Counted from the first letter of the stretch, positions 37,101 through 45,225 are shown. The stretch is 64,000 bases of DNA from Actinomycetota bacterium (GCA_003134555.1 PLBO01000116.1:29950-93949); one strand, 5' to 3'. Numbers and translations are program-made. Notes: generated by a model from the letters alone, not told the origin.

Positions 37101-37617
37101 CCCGCTCGGTGCGCTCGACACGGCTTCCCGCGCGGCGACAGGAATGTGCGCGGGAAGGGGCGTCGACACTGATGCGCTCGACGCGGCGGCCGCTGAGCTC
37201 CGCCGGTGCGGCTGGAACATGCACCATGCGCGCGTGCTCGTCATCGCCGGACGGGCGCTGGTCGGCACCGACAACCAGGCTCCGATCGACCGTTGGACCG
37301 AGGCGACGGCAGTGTTCGCGGCGTGCGACGCGGGCGTGCGCCGCGAAGCCTGCCTGCAACTGCTCGACCGTCTCGGGCCCCGGGGCAAGCGGGCGCGCAC
37401 CGCGACCTCGGGTCCGGGGGCATTGACGTCGCGCGAGCTCGAGGTGGCGCGGCTCGCAGTCGAGGGCCTGACGACGCGCGAGATCGGTGAGCGCCTCTTC
37501 ATCGGGCGCCGCACCGTCGAGACACACCTCACCAACGCCTACGCCAAACTCGGCGTGCGCTCCCGGGTGGAGCTGGTGCGCATCGCCGACCAGTTCTCGG
37601 AGCCGGCGACTCCGTAG
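34138..37617 (+). CDS. Class III cyclase domain - AAA/STAND ATPase - TPR-like region - LuxR HTH regulator
   Basis: Trimmed to the ATG at 34138, after a GGGGAG element. The cyclase part has VTILFTDLVASTE...SLGDGLMIVF...VGLHVGEP...GDYFGRPVVLARRLC. Walker A is LLLGEGGLGKTRL. The C-terminal part is LTSRELEVARLAVEGLTTREIGERLFIGRRTVETHLTNAYAKLGV. Confidence 0.9.
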   Translation: MSHTADRDVQLDQTSVVTILFTDLVASTETMERVGDERAEELRRAHFRLVRDAAASHGGRTVKSLGDGLMIVFASAVEAVLAAGAIQAAVATTLDDDPRADGRVRVGLHVGEPIRDEGDYFGRPVVLARRLCDAAGPGQILASDLVRNLVKGRSEIEFRPLGRRTLKGLGEPVDVYEVAWEKRASVPSAATQLDPRSLDLVGRATEMAELEMEYARAEAGELRAVLLLGEGGLGKTRLAGELVRRRQNSAVCLSARAYPLGATASLGLWVEALEQHLRSLEPAAVAELCGPNAEDLAALLPSVAAATNPSLPIAPPPLVRQLAALANLLARLSAATPVVIILDDVHLADGSSWEALNYLTRNLADRRILIVLAARPVELAESPVGSEVLLALEQEGVLRRFPIEALRRDDVARLAQRFVDAAAVGPRLVDWLMERSQGSPLYAIGLLRALLDEGADLSDPRLQSLPEDLAERVTARLKVLGPVERATLELVAVLGYRVELSDLEHISDRDLDSLGDALRELVRLRFVHEEDLGREVLYEIVHPLFQEAIYAGIGAARRRALHRHAARSLVQSGRLGAAAQHFVRSSSSGDPEAVDALRGALRQAEALEHHRESIGLLSALLEMLPQGDRRWLDVFDALDWQAEWVVEHRLDAGLEIAIRAMRAIEQLAEASDDRVRRAAVKIHLASFLAWGRADTDAAIALVTEAQALFESAGESRRALLAANEMGYLRSIAGDLGAHERIARQVLADAEALDDGPVMLQAICSLNWALQLSGRLSESLELMQRGLALARREGRPYRITYLLAQQGYALALLGRIPEARTALADAVAANAAYLDTLLPDFAATIHWLAGDLHDAVAAMRQSVGMGATETSQRRMMGVAVAAMAAGEVGDTVQMNLLYELLAATRRGDWWVHGDQATWAFGMREWGRHDLAAATGYLTSAIHRLVDTGGGLYARIAAFDLAEVALEASDEKAAATVDESLDRLGDADGAPLGALDTASRAATGMCAGRGVDTDALDAAAAELRRCGWNMHHARVLVIAGRALVGTDNQAPIDRWTEATAVFAACDAGVRREACLQLLDRLGPRGKRARTATSGPGALTSRELEVARLAVEGLTTREIGERLFIGRRTVETHLTNAYAKLGVRSRVELVRIADQFSEPATP

Positions 37618-37735
37618 CTCCGTGGTCGGTAGCTCCGTAACCCATATCCGTATCGGCACGGAGGACGGGTCGGCCCCCGACCTCTACCTTCGAAGGTGTG
37701 AGCATCGCCTCGACTGTGAACGAAAGGATCCGGCC

Positions 37736-38914
37736 ATGACCGTCATCACGAACCCCCATGTACTGACTCAGGACATCCTCGACCGGTGCGCCCGCCGGGC
37801 GCCCGAGTACGACCGTGACAACCGCTTCTTCCACGAGGACTTCGAAGAGCTTCGTGCGTCCGGATACCTCCTCATGGCCGTCCCGGTGGAGCTCGGAGGA
37901 CTCGGGCTGTCGCTCGCCGAAGTGTGCCGCGAGACCGCTCGGCTCGCGTACCACGCGCCCGCGACGGCCATCGCCACCAACATGCACGTCTACTGGACCG
38001 GCGTTGCCGCCGATCTCTATCGGAGCGGCGACCGGTCGCTCACCTGGCTCCTCGAAGAAGCCGCGGCGGGCGAAGTGTTCGCGGCGGGGCACGGCGAGGG
38101 CGGCAACGACCTGACACTCCTGTTGTCGACGAGCAAGGCCGAGCCGGTCGACGGCGGCTACCGCTTCACCGGCCACAAGATCTTCGGGTCGTTGAGTCCC
38201 GTCTGGACCCGGCTCGGGCTCCACGCCATGGACACGAGCGACCCGGCCAACCCCAAGATCGTGCATGCCTTCATGCCCCGCTCCACGGAGGGCTACGTCA
38301 TCAACGAGACGTGGGACACGCTGGGCATGCGCGCGACGCGCAGTGACGACACGGTCCTCGACGGCGCGTTCGTGCCGGACCGCTACATCGCTCGGGTCGT
38401 CCCGACCGGTTTCGCCGGCGCCGACCAGTTCGTGCTGGGCATCTTCGCGTGGGCCGAACCGACGTTTTCGAGCGTCTACCTCGCGATCGCGCAGCGCGCC
38501 ATGGACCTTGCCGTCGCGGCACTCGAGAAGCGCACCTCGATCGCACTCGGCGGGGCGACTCTGGCGCACCACCCGATGCTCCAGTACACGGTGGCCGAGA
38601 TGTCGCTCGCCCTGGAGGGTGCGCTTCCGCACCTCGAGAAGACGGCCGAGGACTGGTCGAACGGAGTCGACCACGGCGGTCTCTGGCCCGCCAAGCTCGT
38701 TGCGACGAAGTACCACGCGGTCGAAGCCGCCAAGCGCGTCGTCGATCTCGCGATGGAGGTGTCCGGCGGCAGCGGCATGTTCCGCTCCAACGAGCTCGAG
38801 CGGCTCTACCGCGACGTGCGCTGCGGTGGCTTCCACCCCGCGAACGCCGCGCTCGTGCACGAGATCGTCGGCAAGACCGCGCTGGGCGTGCTCGCAGAGC
38901 CGCAGCGCTGGTAA
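37736..38914 (+). CDS. Acyl-CoA dehydrogenase family protein
   Basis: Trimmed to the ATG at 37736; 392 aa. Sequence: ...WDTLGMRATRSDDTVLDGAFVP...MEVSGGSGMFRSNELERLYRDVRCGGFHP. Confidence 0.85.
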   Translation: MTVITNPHVLTQDILDRCARRAPEYDRDNRFFHEDFEELRASGYLLMAVPVELGGLGLSLAEVCRETARLAYHAPATAIATNMHVYWTGVAADLYRSGDRSLTWLLEEAAAGEVFAAGHGEGGNDLTLLLSTSKAEPVDGGYRFTGHKIFGSLSPVWTRLGLHAMDTSDPANPKIVHAFMPRSTEGYVINETWDTLGMRATRSDDTVLDGAFVPDRYIARVVPTGFAGADQFVLGIFAWAEPTFSSVYLAIAQRAMDLAVAALEKRTSIALGGATLAHHPMLQYTVAEMSLALEGALPHLEKTAEDWSNGVDHGGLWPAKLVATKYHAVEAAKRVVDLAMEVSGGSGMFRSNELERLYRDVRCGGFHPANAALVHEIVGKTALGVLAEPQRW

Positions 38915-38927
38915 CACACCGCCGAGC

Positions 38928-38965
38928 AATTCGTGAGGGCGCTCTTCGGGGCGCCCTCACGAATT
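38928..38965. terminator. Bidirectional hairpin with a 15-bp perfect stem (aattcgtgagggcgc / gcgccctcacgaatt) and an 8-nt loop
   Basis: Read directly between convergent genes. The 3' arm overlaps the minus-strand stop at 38957-38959. Confidence 0.65.
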
Positions 38966-39406
38966 CGAGTAGACGCGCTCCGGTGTGACGAGGATCGCGG
39001 TTCGACGCTCGGCCGCCATGACGCGGTCGTATTCGTCCCAGTCGCCGTGGGTGCCGCCGGCCGCGACGAACACGGCGCGGAGCAAGAGGCGAAGCGCGTC
39101 GCCGTCGAGGCCGACGATCGGATCGTCGGGGCCGAACAACTCGGTCGGGCCCTCGACCGCAACCCACTCCCATCCCGATTTGGTGACGAGAGTCGTGCGC
39201 AGTCGGCGCCGAAGGTTTCGCAGCTTGCGCGACTGTCCGGCGGCCACGACGCCTACGACGGGTTTCCCCGTGACGGGATGGTCGATGACACCGGCATTGA
39301 CCACCGAGGCCTGAACGGTCGCGTCGTCGCGCACGGTTGTGACGACGCAAAGGCCGCTGTCGGCACGACTGATCCGTGTGAAGTCGCCGAGATCGCTCAT
39401 CTGCAA
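38957..39406 (-). CDS. PPOX-class probable F420-dependent enzyme
   Basis: 149 aa: ...ADSGLCVVTTVRDDATVQASVVNAGVIDHPVTGKPVVGVVAAG.SRKLRNLRR....TLV....WEWVAVEG. Confidence 0.7.
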   Translation of the reverse strand: MQMSDLGDFTRISRADSGLCVVTTVRDDATVQASVVNAGVIDHPVTGKPVVGVVAAGQSRKLRNLRRRLRTTLVTKSGWEWVAVEGPTELFGPDDPIVGLDGDALRLLLRAVFVAAGGTHGDWDEYDRVMAAERRTAILVTPERVYSNS

Positions 39407-39467
39407 GCGATATTACCTAAATCAAAAGACATTTTGACCTTGTGCTACAACTAGGCGCCGACCCCGG

Positions 39468-39477
39468 TATTGCAATA
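39468..39477. promoter_or_regulatory. Perfect 10-bp palindrome TATTGCAATA inside an unusually AT-rich 108-bp intergenic region
   Basis: Read directly. The region 39407-39514 is far more AT-rich than the rest of the window. Confidence 0.35.
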
Positions 39478-39514
39478 AATGTCGGTATGACGATGTCGCA
39501 GGAAGGTCGGGAGT

Positions 39515-40120
39515 ATGGCACCAAAGGCAGTTGCGAAGAGTGAGGTCCGGGTGTCAGCTTCGGAAGAGGCGGATCAGGCCGTCAAGATCTATCTCGCAAC
39601 CATCGGGAAACCAAAGCCGCGCGGACGACAGGCCCGTCAGAAACCCGATTTCGAGACGGCGACCAAAGGAATTACCGACCCCCTCGCGAAGCTCGCGGCA
39701 ATCAAGGCAGAACGGGAACGGGTCGCAAACATTGTCGTCGGAGATCCCGCAGAAGAGGGTTTCGTCAAGTACGGAAAAGTCTGGGCGAAGATCCACGATT
39801 ACGACCGTGAGGATTTCGCGGCTCTCGGTGTTACCAAGCGTGTTCTCGACGTCGTCTTCGGGGGATCGGCGTCACGCGCCAAAGCCGCTCCGAATCGCGC
39901 GCCGCGTGTGAGCACCAAAGACATCGTCGACACGATCACGAAGAAGGCAGCCGGAACCTGGCTGACCGTGTCCGGAGTCATGCGAGAAGCGGGCGGATCT
40001 CCGGCGAACGTTCGCAAGGTGCTCGACGGGCTCGCCGCGGCCGGCACGCTGACCGAGCCGATCGACGACCCGAAGCACTCCGGCAGAGGCCGGGCGGCGA
40101 AGGTCTGGGAGCGGAACTAG
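39515..40120 (+). CDS. Hypothetical Lys-rich protein with a possible C-terminal winged-helix; compositionally atypical
   Basis: 201 aa with a GGAAGG/GGGAG Shine-Dalgarno region. Roughly 40% of the codons in the first 110 end in A or T, against a small minority in neighbouring genes. The C-terminal part is TWLTVSGVMREAGGSPANVRKVLDGLAAAGTL. Confidence 0.6.
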   Translation: MAPKAVAKSEVRVSASEEADQAVKIYLATIGKPKPRGRQARQKPDFETATKGITDPLAKLAAIKAERERVANIVVGDPAEEGFVKYGKVWAKIHDYDREDFAALGVTKRVLDVVFGGSASRAKAAPNRAPRVSTKDIVDTITKKAAGTWLTVSGVMREAGGSPANVRKVLDGLAAAGTLTEPIDDPKHSGRGRAAKVWERN

Positions 40121-40145
40121 CTCACTCGCACCAACTCGCGCCGAA

Positions 40146-41276
40146 TCACACCAACGCGCCGGCGATGATGTCGCCGATCGCTTCGTGCTCGGTCAGGAAA
40201 CCGTCGTGCCCCGCGATCGACTGCACCACCTCGACCCCCTTGTTACGCGGGATCAGGTCGGCAAGCTCGTGCTGGAGGCGTAACGGGTAGAGACCGTCGC
40301 TGGAGATGCCCGCGATCGTCACCTCGGCGGTCACCCGGGCGAGGGCGTCGGCCACCCCTCCGCGGCCGCGGCCGACGTCGTGATGGTTCATCGCCCGCGA
40401 CAACACGATGTAGCTGTTGGCGTCGAAGCGATGCGCGAGCTTCTCGCCGTGGTACTCGAGATACGACTCGACGGTGTACAGACCGCCTTCGAACGGATGC
40501 TCGTCGTTCTGATGCCCGCGATTGAAGCGTTGCGCGAGCTCGAGCTCGGAGCGATACGACACCTGCCCGATCCCGCGCCCGATCGACAGGCCCCGCCACG
40601 GTCCTTCGGCGGAGTCGTAGTAATCACCGCCGTGGAAATGCGGGTCGGCTTCGATTGCCCGGATCTGCAGCGAGCACGACGCGATCTGCTCCGCGGTCGC
40701 CGCCGCGCCGCACGCGATGATCACCGCCCGCGGTACCCGATCGGGGTACTTCACGGTCCATTCGATCGCGCGCTGGCCGCCCATCGAGCCACCGATGACC
40801 GAGTGCCAACGCGCGATGCCGAGGTGGTCGGCGAGCGCCGCTTCCACGGCCACTTGGTCGCGGATCGTCGTGACCGGGAATCGAGACCCGTACGGCTGTC
40901 CGGTCTCGGGATCGATCGACGACGGCCCGGTGGTTCCCTGGCAGCCGCCGAGAACGTTGGGACACACGACGAAGAACCGATCGGTGTCGATCGCTCGTCC
41001 CGGACCGATCAACGGGTCCCACCAACCGAGTTGCACGTGGCCGGGCTCGGCCGGACCGGCAACGTGACTGTCGCCCGACAGCGCGTGCAGAACGAGGAGC
41101 GCGTTGGACGCGTCGGCGTCGAGACTCCCCCACGTCTCGTACGCGACGGTGACCGACGGCAACGCGCCGCCGGCGCGCAACGCGAGCGGACGATCGGCGA
41201 ACAACGTCGCGAACTGCCGGCGCCCCGGCGGATCGCCGGAGCGCCAAGCACCCGTGACCGGCGGTTCGCCCGTCAC
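40146..41276 (-). CDS. metX: Homoserine O-acetyltransferase
   Basis: 376 aa with a GTG start. Sequence: ...NALLVLHALSGDSHVAG...WWDPLIGPGRAIDTDRFFVVCPNVLGGCQGTTGP...VIGGSMGG...HDGFL. Confidence 0.9.
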   Translation of the reverse strand: MTGEPPVTGAWRSGDPPGRRQFATLFADRPLALRAGGALPSVTVAYETWGSLDADASNALLVLHALSGDSHVAGPAEPGHVQLGWWDPLIGPGRAIDTDRFFVVCPNVLGGCQGTTGPSSIDPETGQPYGSRFPVTTIRDQVAVEAALADHLGIARWHSVIGGSMGGQRAIEWTVKYPDRVPRAVIIACGAAATAEQIASCSLQIRAIEADPHFHGGDYYDSAEGPWRGLSIGRGIGQVSYRSELELAQRFNRGHQNDEHPFEGGLYTVESYLEYHGEKLAHRFDANSYIVLSRAMNHHDVGRGRGGVADALARVTAEVTIAGISSDGLYPLRLQHELADLIPRNKGVEVVQSIAGHDGFLTEHEAIGDIIAGALV

Positions 41277-41307
41277 CGCACCTCGCTCGTGTTGATGTCC
41301 GGCCCGA

Positions 41308-42612
41308 TCAGGACGACTTCGCGGCGCGCAATCCCGCGTCGAGGTCGGCGAGGATGTCGTCGAGGGTCTCGATGCCGACCGAGAGCCGCACGAGACCGGG
41401 CGTCACGCCGGTCGTCAACTGCTCATTCGGCTCGAGCTGACTGTGGGTCGTGCTCGCGGGGTGAATCGCCAGGCTGCGCACGTCACCGACGTTCGCGAGA
41501 TGGCTGAACAACTCCAGGCTGTCGATGAAGTTGCGACCTGCGTCGATGCCGCCCTTCAGCTCGAACGCGACGATCGCGCCCTTGCCGTTCGGCAGGTATT
41601 TGTCGGCGCGCGCCTTCCACTTGCTCGACTTCAGTCCCGGATACGCGACCCACTCGACCTCGTCGCGGCCTTCGAGCCACTGCGCGACCGCGAGCGCGTT
41701 CTGCGAATGCCGCTCCATGCGGAGGCTCAACGTTTGCAGGCCTTGCAGGAACAGGAACGAATTGAACGGCGCAATGGATGCGCCGATATCGCGCAAGTAC
41801 TGCAAGCGGCACTTCAGCACGAACATCGCGGGGCGAAGCTCGGGCGGGAGCTCGGCGAACACCAGACCGTGGTAGCTCGGATCGGGCTCCGTGAAGCCCG
41901 GGAACCGGCCGCTCCCGGGGTAGTCGAACGCTCCGCCGTCGACGATGACGCCGCCGATCGAGGTGCCGTGGCCGCCGATGAACTTCGTCGCGCTGTGCAC
42001 CACCACATCGGCGCCGTGGCGCAGTGGCTGCAGCAGGGCCGGACTCGCCAACGTGCTGTCGATCACGAGCGGGATCTTGTTGTCGTGCGCGATCTTCGAG
42101 ATGCCCTCGAAATCGAAGATGTCGCCCTTCGGGTTTCCGATGCTCTCGCCGTAGAACGCTTTGGTATTCGGCCGGATGGCCTTCTTCCAGGCCGCGAGGT
42201 CGTCGGGGTCGTCGATGAACGAGACCTCGATGCCGAGCTTCGGGAACGTGTAGTGGAGCTGGTTGTAGGTACCGCCGTAGAGAGATGCGCTCGAGACGAT
42301 GTGGCCACCGTTCTCCGCGAGGTTCAAGAGCGCGATCGTCTGGGCGGCCTGTCCGCTCGCGACGGCGAGCGCGCCGACACCTCCCTCGAGCGACGTCATC
42401 CGCTGCTCGAACGCGTCCTGCGTCGGGTTCATGATCCGCGTGTAGATCATGCCGAGCTCTTCGAGACCGAAAAGTGCGGCGGCGTGTTGCGTGTCGCGGA
42501 ACACGAACGACGTCGTCTGGTAGATGGGGGTGACGCGCGCACCGGTGGCGGGATCCGGCTCGGTGCCGGCGTGAACGAGACGGGTCTCGAGACCCCAAGC
42601 TTGGTCCGGCAT
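41308..42612 (-). CDS. metY: O-acetylhomoserine aminocarboxypropyltransferase / sulfhydrylase (PLP-dependent)
   Basis: Trimmed from ORF 41308..43041 to the ATG at 42612, with AAGGAG 7 nt upstream. Sequence: MPDQAWGLETRLVHAG...IYQTTSFVF...HSATKFIGGHGTSIGG... Confidence 0.9.
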   Translation of the reverse strand: MPDQAWGLETRLVHAGTEPDPATGARVTPIYQTTSFVFRDTQHAAALFGLEELGMIYTRIMNPTQDAFEQRMTSLEGGVGALAVASGQAAQTIALLNLAENGGHIVSSASLYGGTYNQLHYTFPKLGIEVSFIDDPDDLAAWKKAIRPNTKAFYGESIGNPKGDIFDFEGISKIAHDNKIPLVIDSTLASPALLQPLRHGADVVVHSATKFIGGHGTSIGGVIVDGGAFDYPGSGRFPGFTEPDPSYHGLVFAELPPELRPAMFVLKCRLQYLRDIGASIAPFNSFLFLQGLQTLSLRMERHSQNALAVAQWLEGRDEVEWVAYPGLKSSKWKARADKYLPNGKGAIVAFELKGGIDAGRNFIDSLELFSHLANVGDVRSLAIHPASTTHSQLEPNEQLTTGVTPGLVRLSVGIETLDDILADLDAGLRAAKSS

Positions 42613-42874
42613 GTTCCCGCTCCTTGTGCTGCTTCGAATGGTTCGAATCGGAGGTTTGCCCTCGCCGTCAACGTAGGTCTCGATTCCCGACAAGTCCAGT
42701 AGGGATTTCCGGCGCCCACCCGCCCCGGAAGCGGACCGGCCGGGGGATTTGGGCGGTTTGGGCAATACTTTTGGAGTTTGTTTGGGCGCCTCGGGCCCCG
42801 GGTAAGTGAACGGGCGAGTCCGCGGGCACCGCACCCCCGCACGGTGCGCTCGGACTCCCTGCAGCACCGGTATG

Positions 42875-42910
42875 GGAACGTCGAGGATCGCCGCCCGGCC
42901 TCGACGTTCC
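42875..42910. other. Perfect 12-bp inverted repeat ggaacgtcgagg / cctcgacgttcc with a 12-nt spacer, in the divergent metY/ligase intergenic region
   Basis: Read directly. It lies 41 nt upstream of the ligase ATG (42951). It is not positioned as a terminator for any gene. Confidence 0.5.
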
Positions 42911-42950
42911 CCCCGGACTGCCCCGCACGACACGCGGGTACCGTGAGCCC

Positions 42951-44447
42951 ATGCCGCGTAAGCGCGAGCTCGCGGAGTACGAAGCCAAGCGCGACTTCGG
43001 CGCCACGCCGGAACCTCCCGCACGCGCGGCGCGCCGCTCACCGTCGCGCAAAGCCTCGCGCTTCGTCGTACAGGAACATCACGCGCGTTCGCTCCACTGG
43101 GACCTGCGACTCGAGCGTGACGGCGTGCTCGCGTCGTGGGCGGTGCCGAAGGGCATCCCCGTCGACCCGAAGCACAATCACCTCGCGGTGCGCACCGAAG
43201 ACCATCCGCTCGAATACCTCACGTTCCAAGGAGAGATCCCAAAAGGCGAGTACGGCGGCGGATCGATGGGCGTTTGGGACAGGGGCACGTTCGAGACCGA
43301 GAAGTTCGACGACGACGAGGTGATGGTCACCCTGCACGGCGAGCGCGTCCACGGTAAGTACGTGCTGTTCCGAACGCGCGGCAATCAATGGATGATCCAC
43401 CGCATGGACCCGCCCGAAGACCCCGACCGCCACGCGCCCCCCAACGACCTGCGACCGATGTTGGCGACACTCGCCGCGCAATCACCTGCGGGCGACGGCT
43501 GGGCGTGGGAGTTGAAGTGGGACGGCATTCGCGCCATCGGATACGTCGACGGCGGGCGGATCCGGCTCGTCAGCCGTAACGGCAACGACGTGACCCGTCG
43601 TTACCCCGAGCTGCGCCGGCTCGGTGAGGAGCTCGGTGCGCGCGACGTCGTGCTCGACGGCGAGATCGTCGCGTTCGACGATTCCAGCCGTCCGAGTTTC
43701 GAGTTGCTGCAGCGGCGCATGCACGTCGAGAGCGATTCCACGATTCGCCGGCTCGCACGTGAGATCCCCGTCGCGTACGTGTTGTTCGACTTGCTGTGGC
43801 TCGACGGGCATTCGACGATGGAACTGCCGTACGCCGAGCGAAGGAAGCGGCTGCGCGATCTCGAGCTCAACGGCGCGTCATGGCAAACACCGCCGCACGA
43901 GGTGGGCGACGGCCGCGCGACCACCGACGTGAGCCTCCGCTTCGAGCTCGAAGGTGTCGTCGCGAAACGTCTCGATTCGCGCTACGAACCCGGGCGCCGT
44001 TCGAAGGCGTGGCTGAAGATCAAGAATCAGCTCGCCCAGGAGTTCGTCGTCGGCGGTTGGCAGCCGGGCGAGAAGGGCCGTACCGGCAGCATCGGATCAT
44101 TGCTCGTCGGTTACAACGACGGCGATGTGTTGCACTACGCAGGCAAAGTCGGCAGCGGGTTGTCGGGTGCGGCGATCGCGGAGCTCGAACGATTGTTCTC
44201 CGAGCACGAGCGCGACGACAGCCCATTCGGCGCCGGCCGCGTTCCCAAAGGCGTTCGGTTCGTCGATCCCGTGCTCGTCGTGGAGGTGCGCTTCACCGAG
44301 TGGACGGCGTCGGGCAACATCCGCCATCCCAGCTTTTTGGGCATTCGTAGCGACAAGGACCCGCGTGAAGTGGTCCGAGAACGACCTGTGGAAATCGGTG
44401 CAAATGGCGACACGATGCAGGGAGACGCCCGCGTTCCGCGGGTTTGA
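42951..44447 (+). CDS. ligD: LigD-type ATP-dependent DNA ligase: 3'-phosphoesterase domain + ligase domain, no polymerase domain
   Basis: 498 aa. The PE domain has EPPA...RFVVQEHHARSLHWDLRLE...AVPKG...EDHPLEY. The ligase domain has WELKWDGIRA (motif I), VLDGEIV, EGVVAKR and WLKIK. Confidence 0.9.
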   Translation: MPRKRELAEYEAKRDFGATPEPPARAARRSPSRKASRFVVQEHHARSLHWDLRLERDGVLASWAVPKGIPVDPKHNHLAVRTEDHPLEYLTFQGEIPKGEYGGGSMGVWDRGTFETEKFDDDEVMVTLHGERVHGKYVLFRTRGNQWMIHRMDPPEDPDRHAPPNDLRPMLATLAAQSPAGDGWAWELKWDGIRAIGYVDGGRIRLVSRNGNDVTRRYPELRRLGEELGARDVVLDGEIVAFDDSSRPSFELLQRRMHVESDSTIRRLAREIPVAYVLFDLLWLDGHSTMELPYAERRKRLRDLELNGASWQTPPHEVGDGRATTDVSLRFELEGVVAKRLDSRYEPGRRSKAWLKIKNQLAQEFVVGGWQPGEKGRTGSIGSLLVGYNDGDVLHYAGKVGSGLSGAAIAELERLFSEHERDDSPFGAGRVPKGVRFVDPVLVVEVRFTEWTASGNIRHPSFLGIRSDKDPREVVRERPVEIGANGDTMQGDARVPRV

Positions 44448-44501
44448 TTCCACAAGCAACGCGGTAGCTTGGCCGTAATCTCGCAGTAGGAGGAGGGGAA
44501 G

Positions 44502-44834
44502 ATGGAAGACCAGGCGGTAGGCCCCGACCTGACGTTGGCGACCGACCACGTCGGAGAACGGGCCGTCGTGACGGTCGCAGGTGAGCTCGACGCCTATTCG
44601 GCACCGAGCCTCGAAGAGGAGGCGTCGCGCCTGCTCGGCGAAAACGTCTCCGACCTCGTCTTCGACCTCTCGGGCACGAGGTTCCTCGACTCGTCCGGTT
44701 TGCGGGCGATCCTCACCGCGCAGCGCCGGCTCGCCGACCGCGGCGGCAAACTTTCGCTCCGCGCGCCAAGTGAGTCCGTCCGCCGGTTGCTCGACATCAC
44801 CGGGCTCACCGATCACTTCGTCGTCGAGTCGTAG
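44502..44834 (+). CDS. STAS-domain anti-sigma-factor antagonist (RsbV/SpoIIAA-like)
   Basis: 110 aa: VVTVAGELDAYSAPSLEEE...LVFDLSGTRFLDSSGLRAIL. Confidence 0.85.
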   Translation: MEDQAVGPDLTLATDHVGERAVVTVAGELDAYSAPSLEEEASRLLGENVSDLVFDLSGTRFLDSSGLRAILTAQRRLADRGGKLSLRAPSESVRRLLDITGLTDHFVVES

Positions 44835-44837
44835 GTC

Positions 44838-45224
44838 ATGAAAGCCGCAGAACCGCGCGCAGACGTCGTCCGCCTCAGCGTCCCCGCCGCGCTCGAGTAT
44901 GTCCGCATCGTTCGGCTGACTGGTTCCGGCGTCGCGAGCCGGCTCGGGTTCGACGTCGAGGAGATCGAGAACCTCCGCGTCGCGCTCGACGAGCTCGCGA
45001 GCATGGCCATCGACGTCGCCGACGCCGGTGAGCTCGAGATGACGTTCTTCACCACCGACACCGAGTTGCGCATCGTCGGCAAAGTGCCGATCGCAGAGGG
45101 AGTCGAAGCGGTCGTCGAACCGCTGACGGCACAGATCCTGAAAGCCGTCATCGACGACTACGAGCTCCGAAACGACGACGGCTACGTCTGTTTCTCCTGC
45201 GTCACCCGCCGGCCGCTGATCTGA
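44838..45224 (+). CDS. Anti-sigma factor, UsfX/RsbW-like
   Basis: 128 aa. VRLSVPAALEYVRIVRLTGSGVASRLGFDVEEIENLRVALDELASMAI parallels mycobacterial UsfX from memory. It lies between the STAS gene and the sigma factor gene, with a 1-nt gap to the latter. Confidence 0.7.
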   Translation: MKAAEPRADVVRLSVPAALEYVRIVRLTGSGVASRLGFDVEEIENLRVALDELASMAIDVADAGELEMTFFTTDTELRIVGKVPIAEGVEAVVEPLTAQILKAVIDDYELRNDDGYVCFSCVTRRPLI

Positions 45225-45225
45225 G

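Noticed and set aside
37618-37735. 10-bp direct repeat GTAGCTCCGT-N5-GTAGCTCCGT and short hairpins after the LuxR-family gene
   Set aside because: The first copy overlaps the stop codon of the upstream gene. The element is short, with only two copies and no further support. It is probably part of the terminator/promoter region.
38301-39350. 349-aa ORF 38301..39350(-) and other ORFs above 150 aa that are more than 25% Arg (for example 36915..37535, 40380..41507, 41443..42702, 56732..58465)
   Set aside because: They are typical antisense or off-frame open frames of about 70% GC DNA. Every one overlaps a gene with strong family signatures.
42630-42655. LexA/SOS-box-like TTCGAATGGTTCGAA near the ligase/metY intergenic region
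   Set aside because: It does not fit the actinobacterial TCGAAC-N4-GTTCGA spacing. It lies next to the metY Shine-Dalgarno, 300 nt from the ligase start, and is better explained as a small hairpin.
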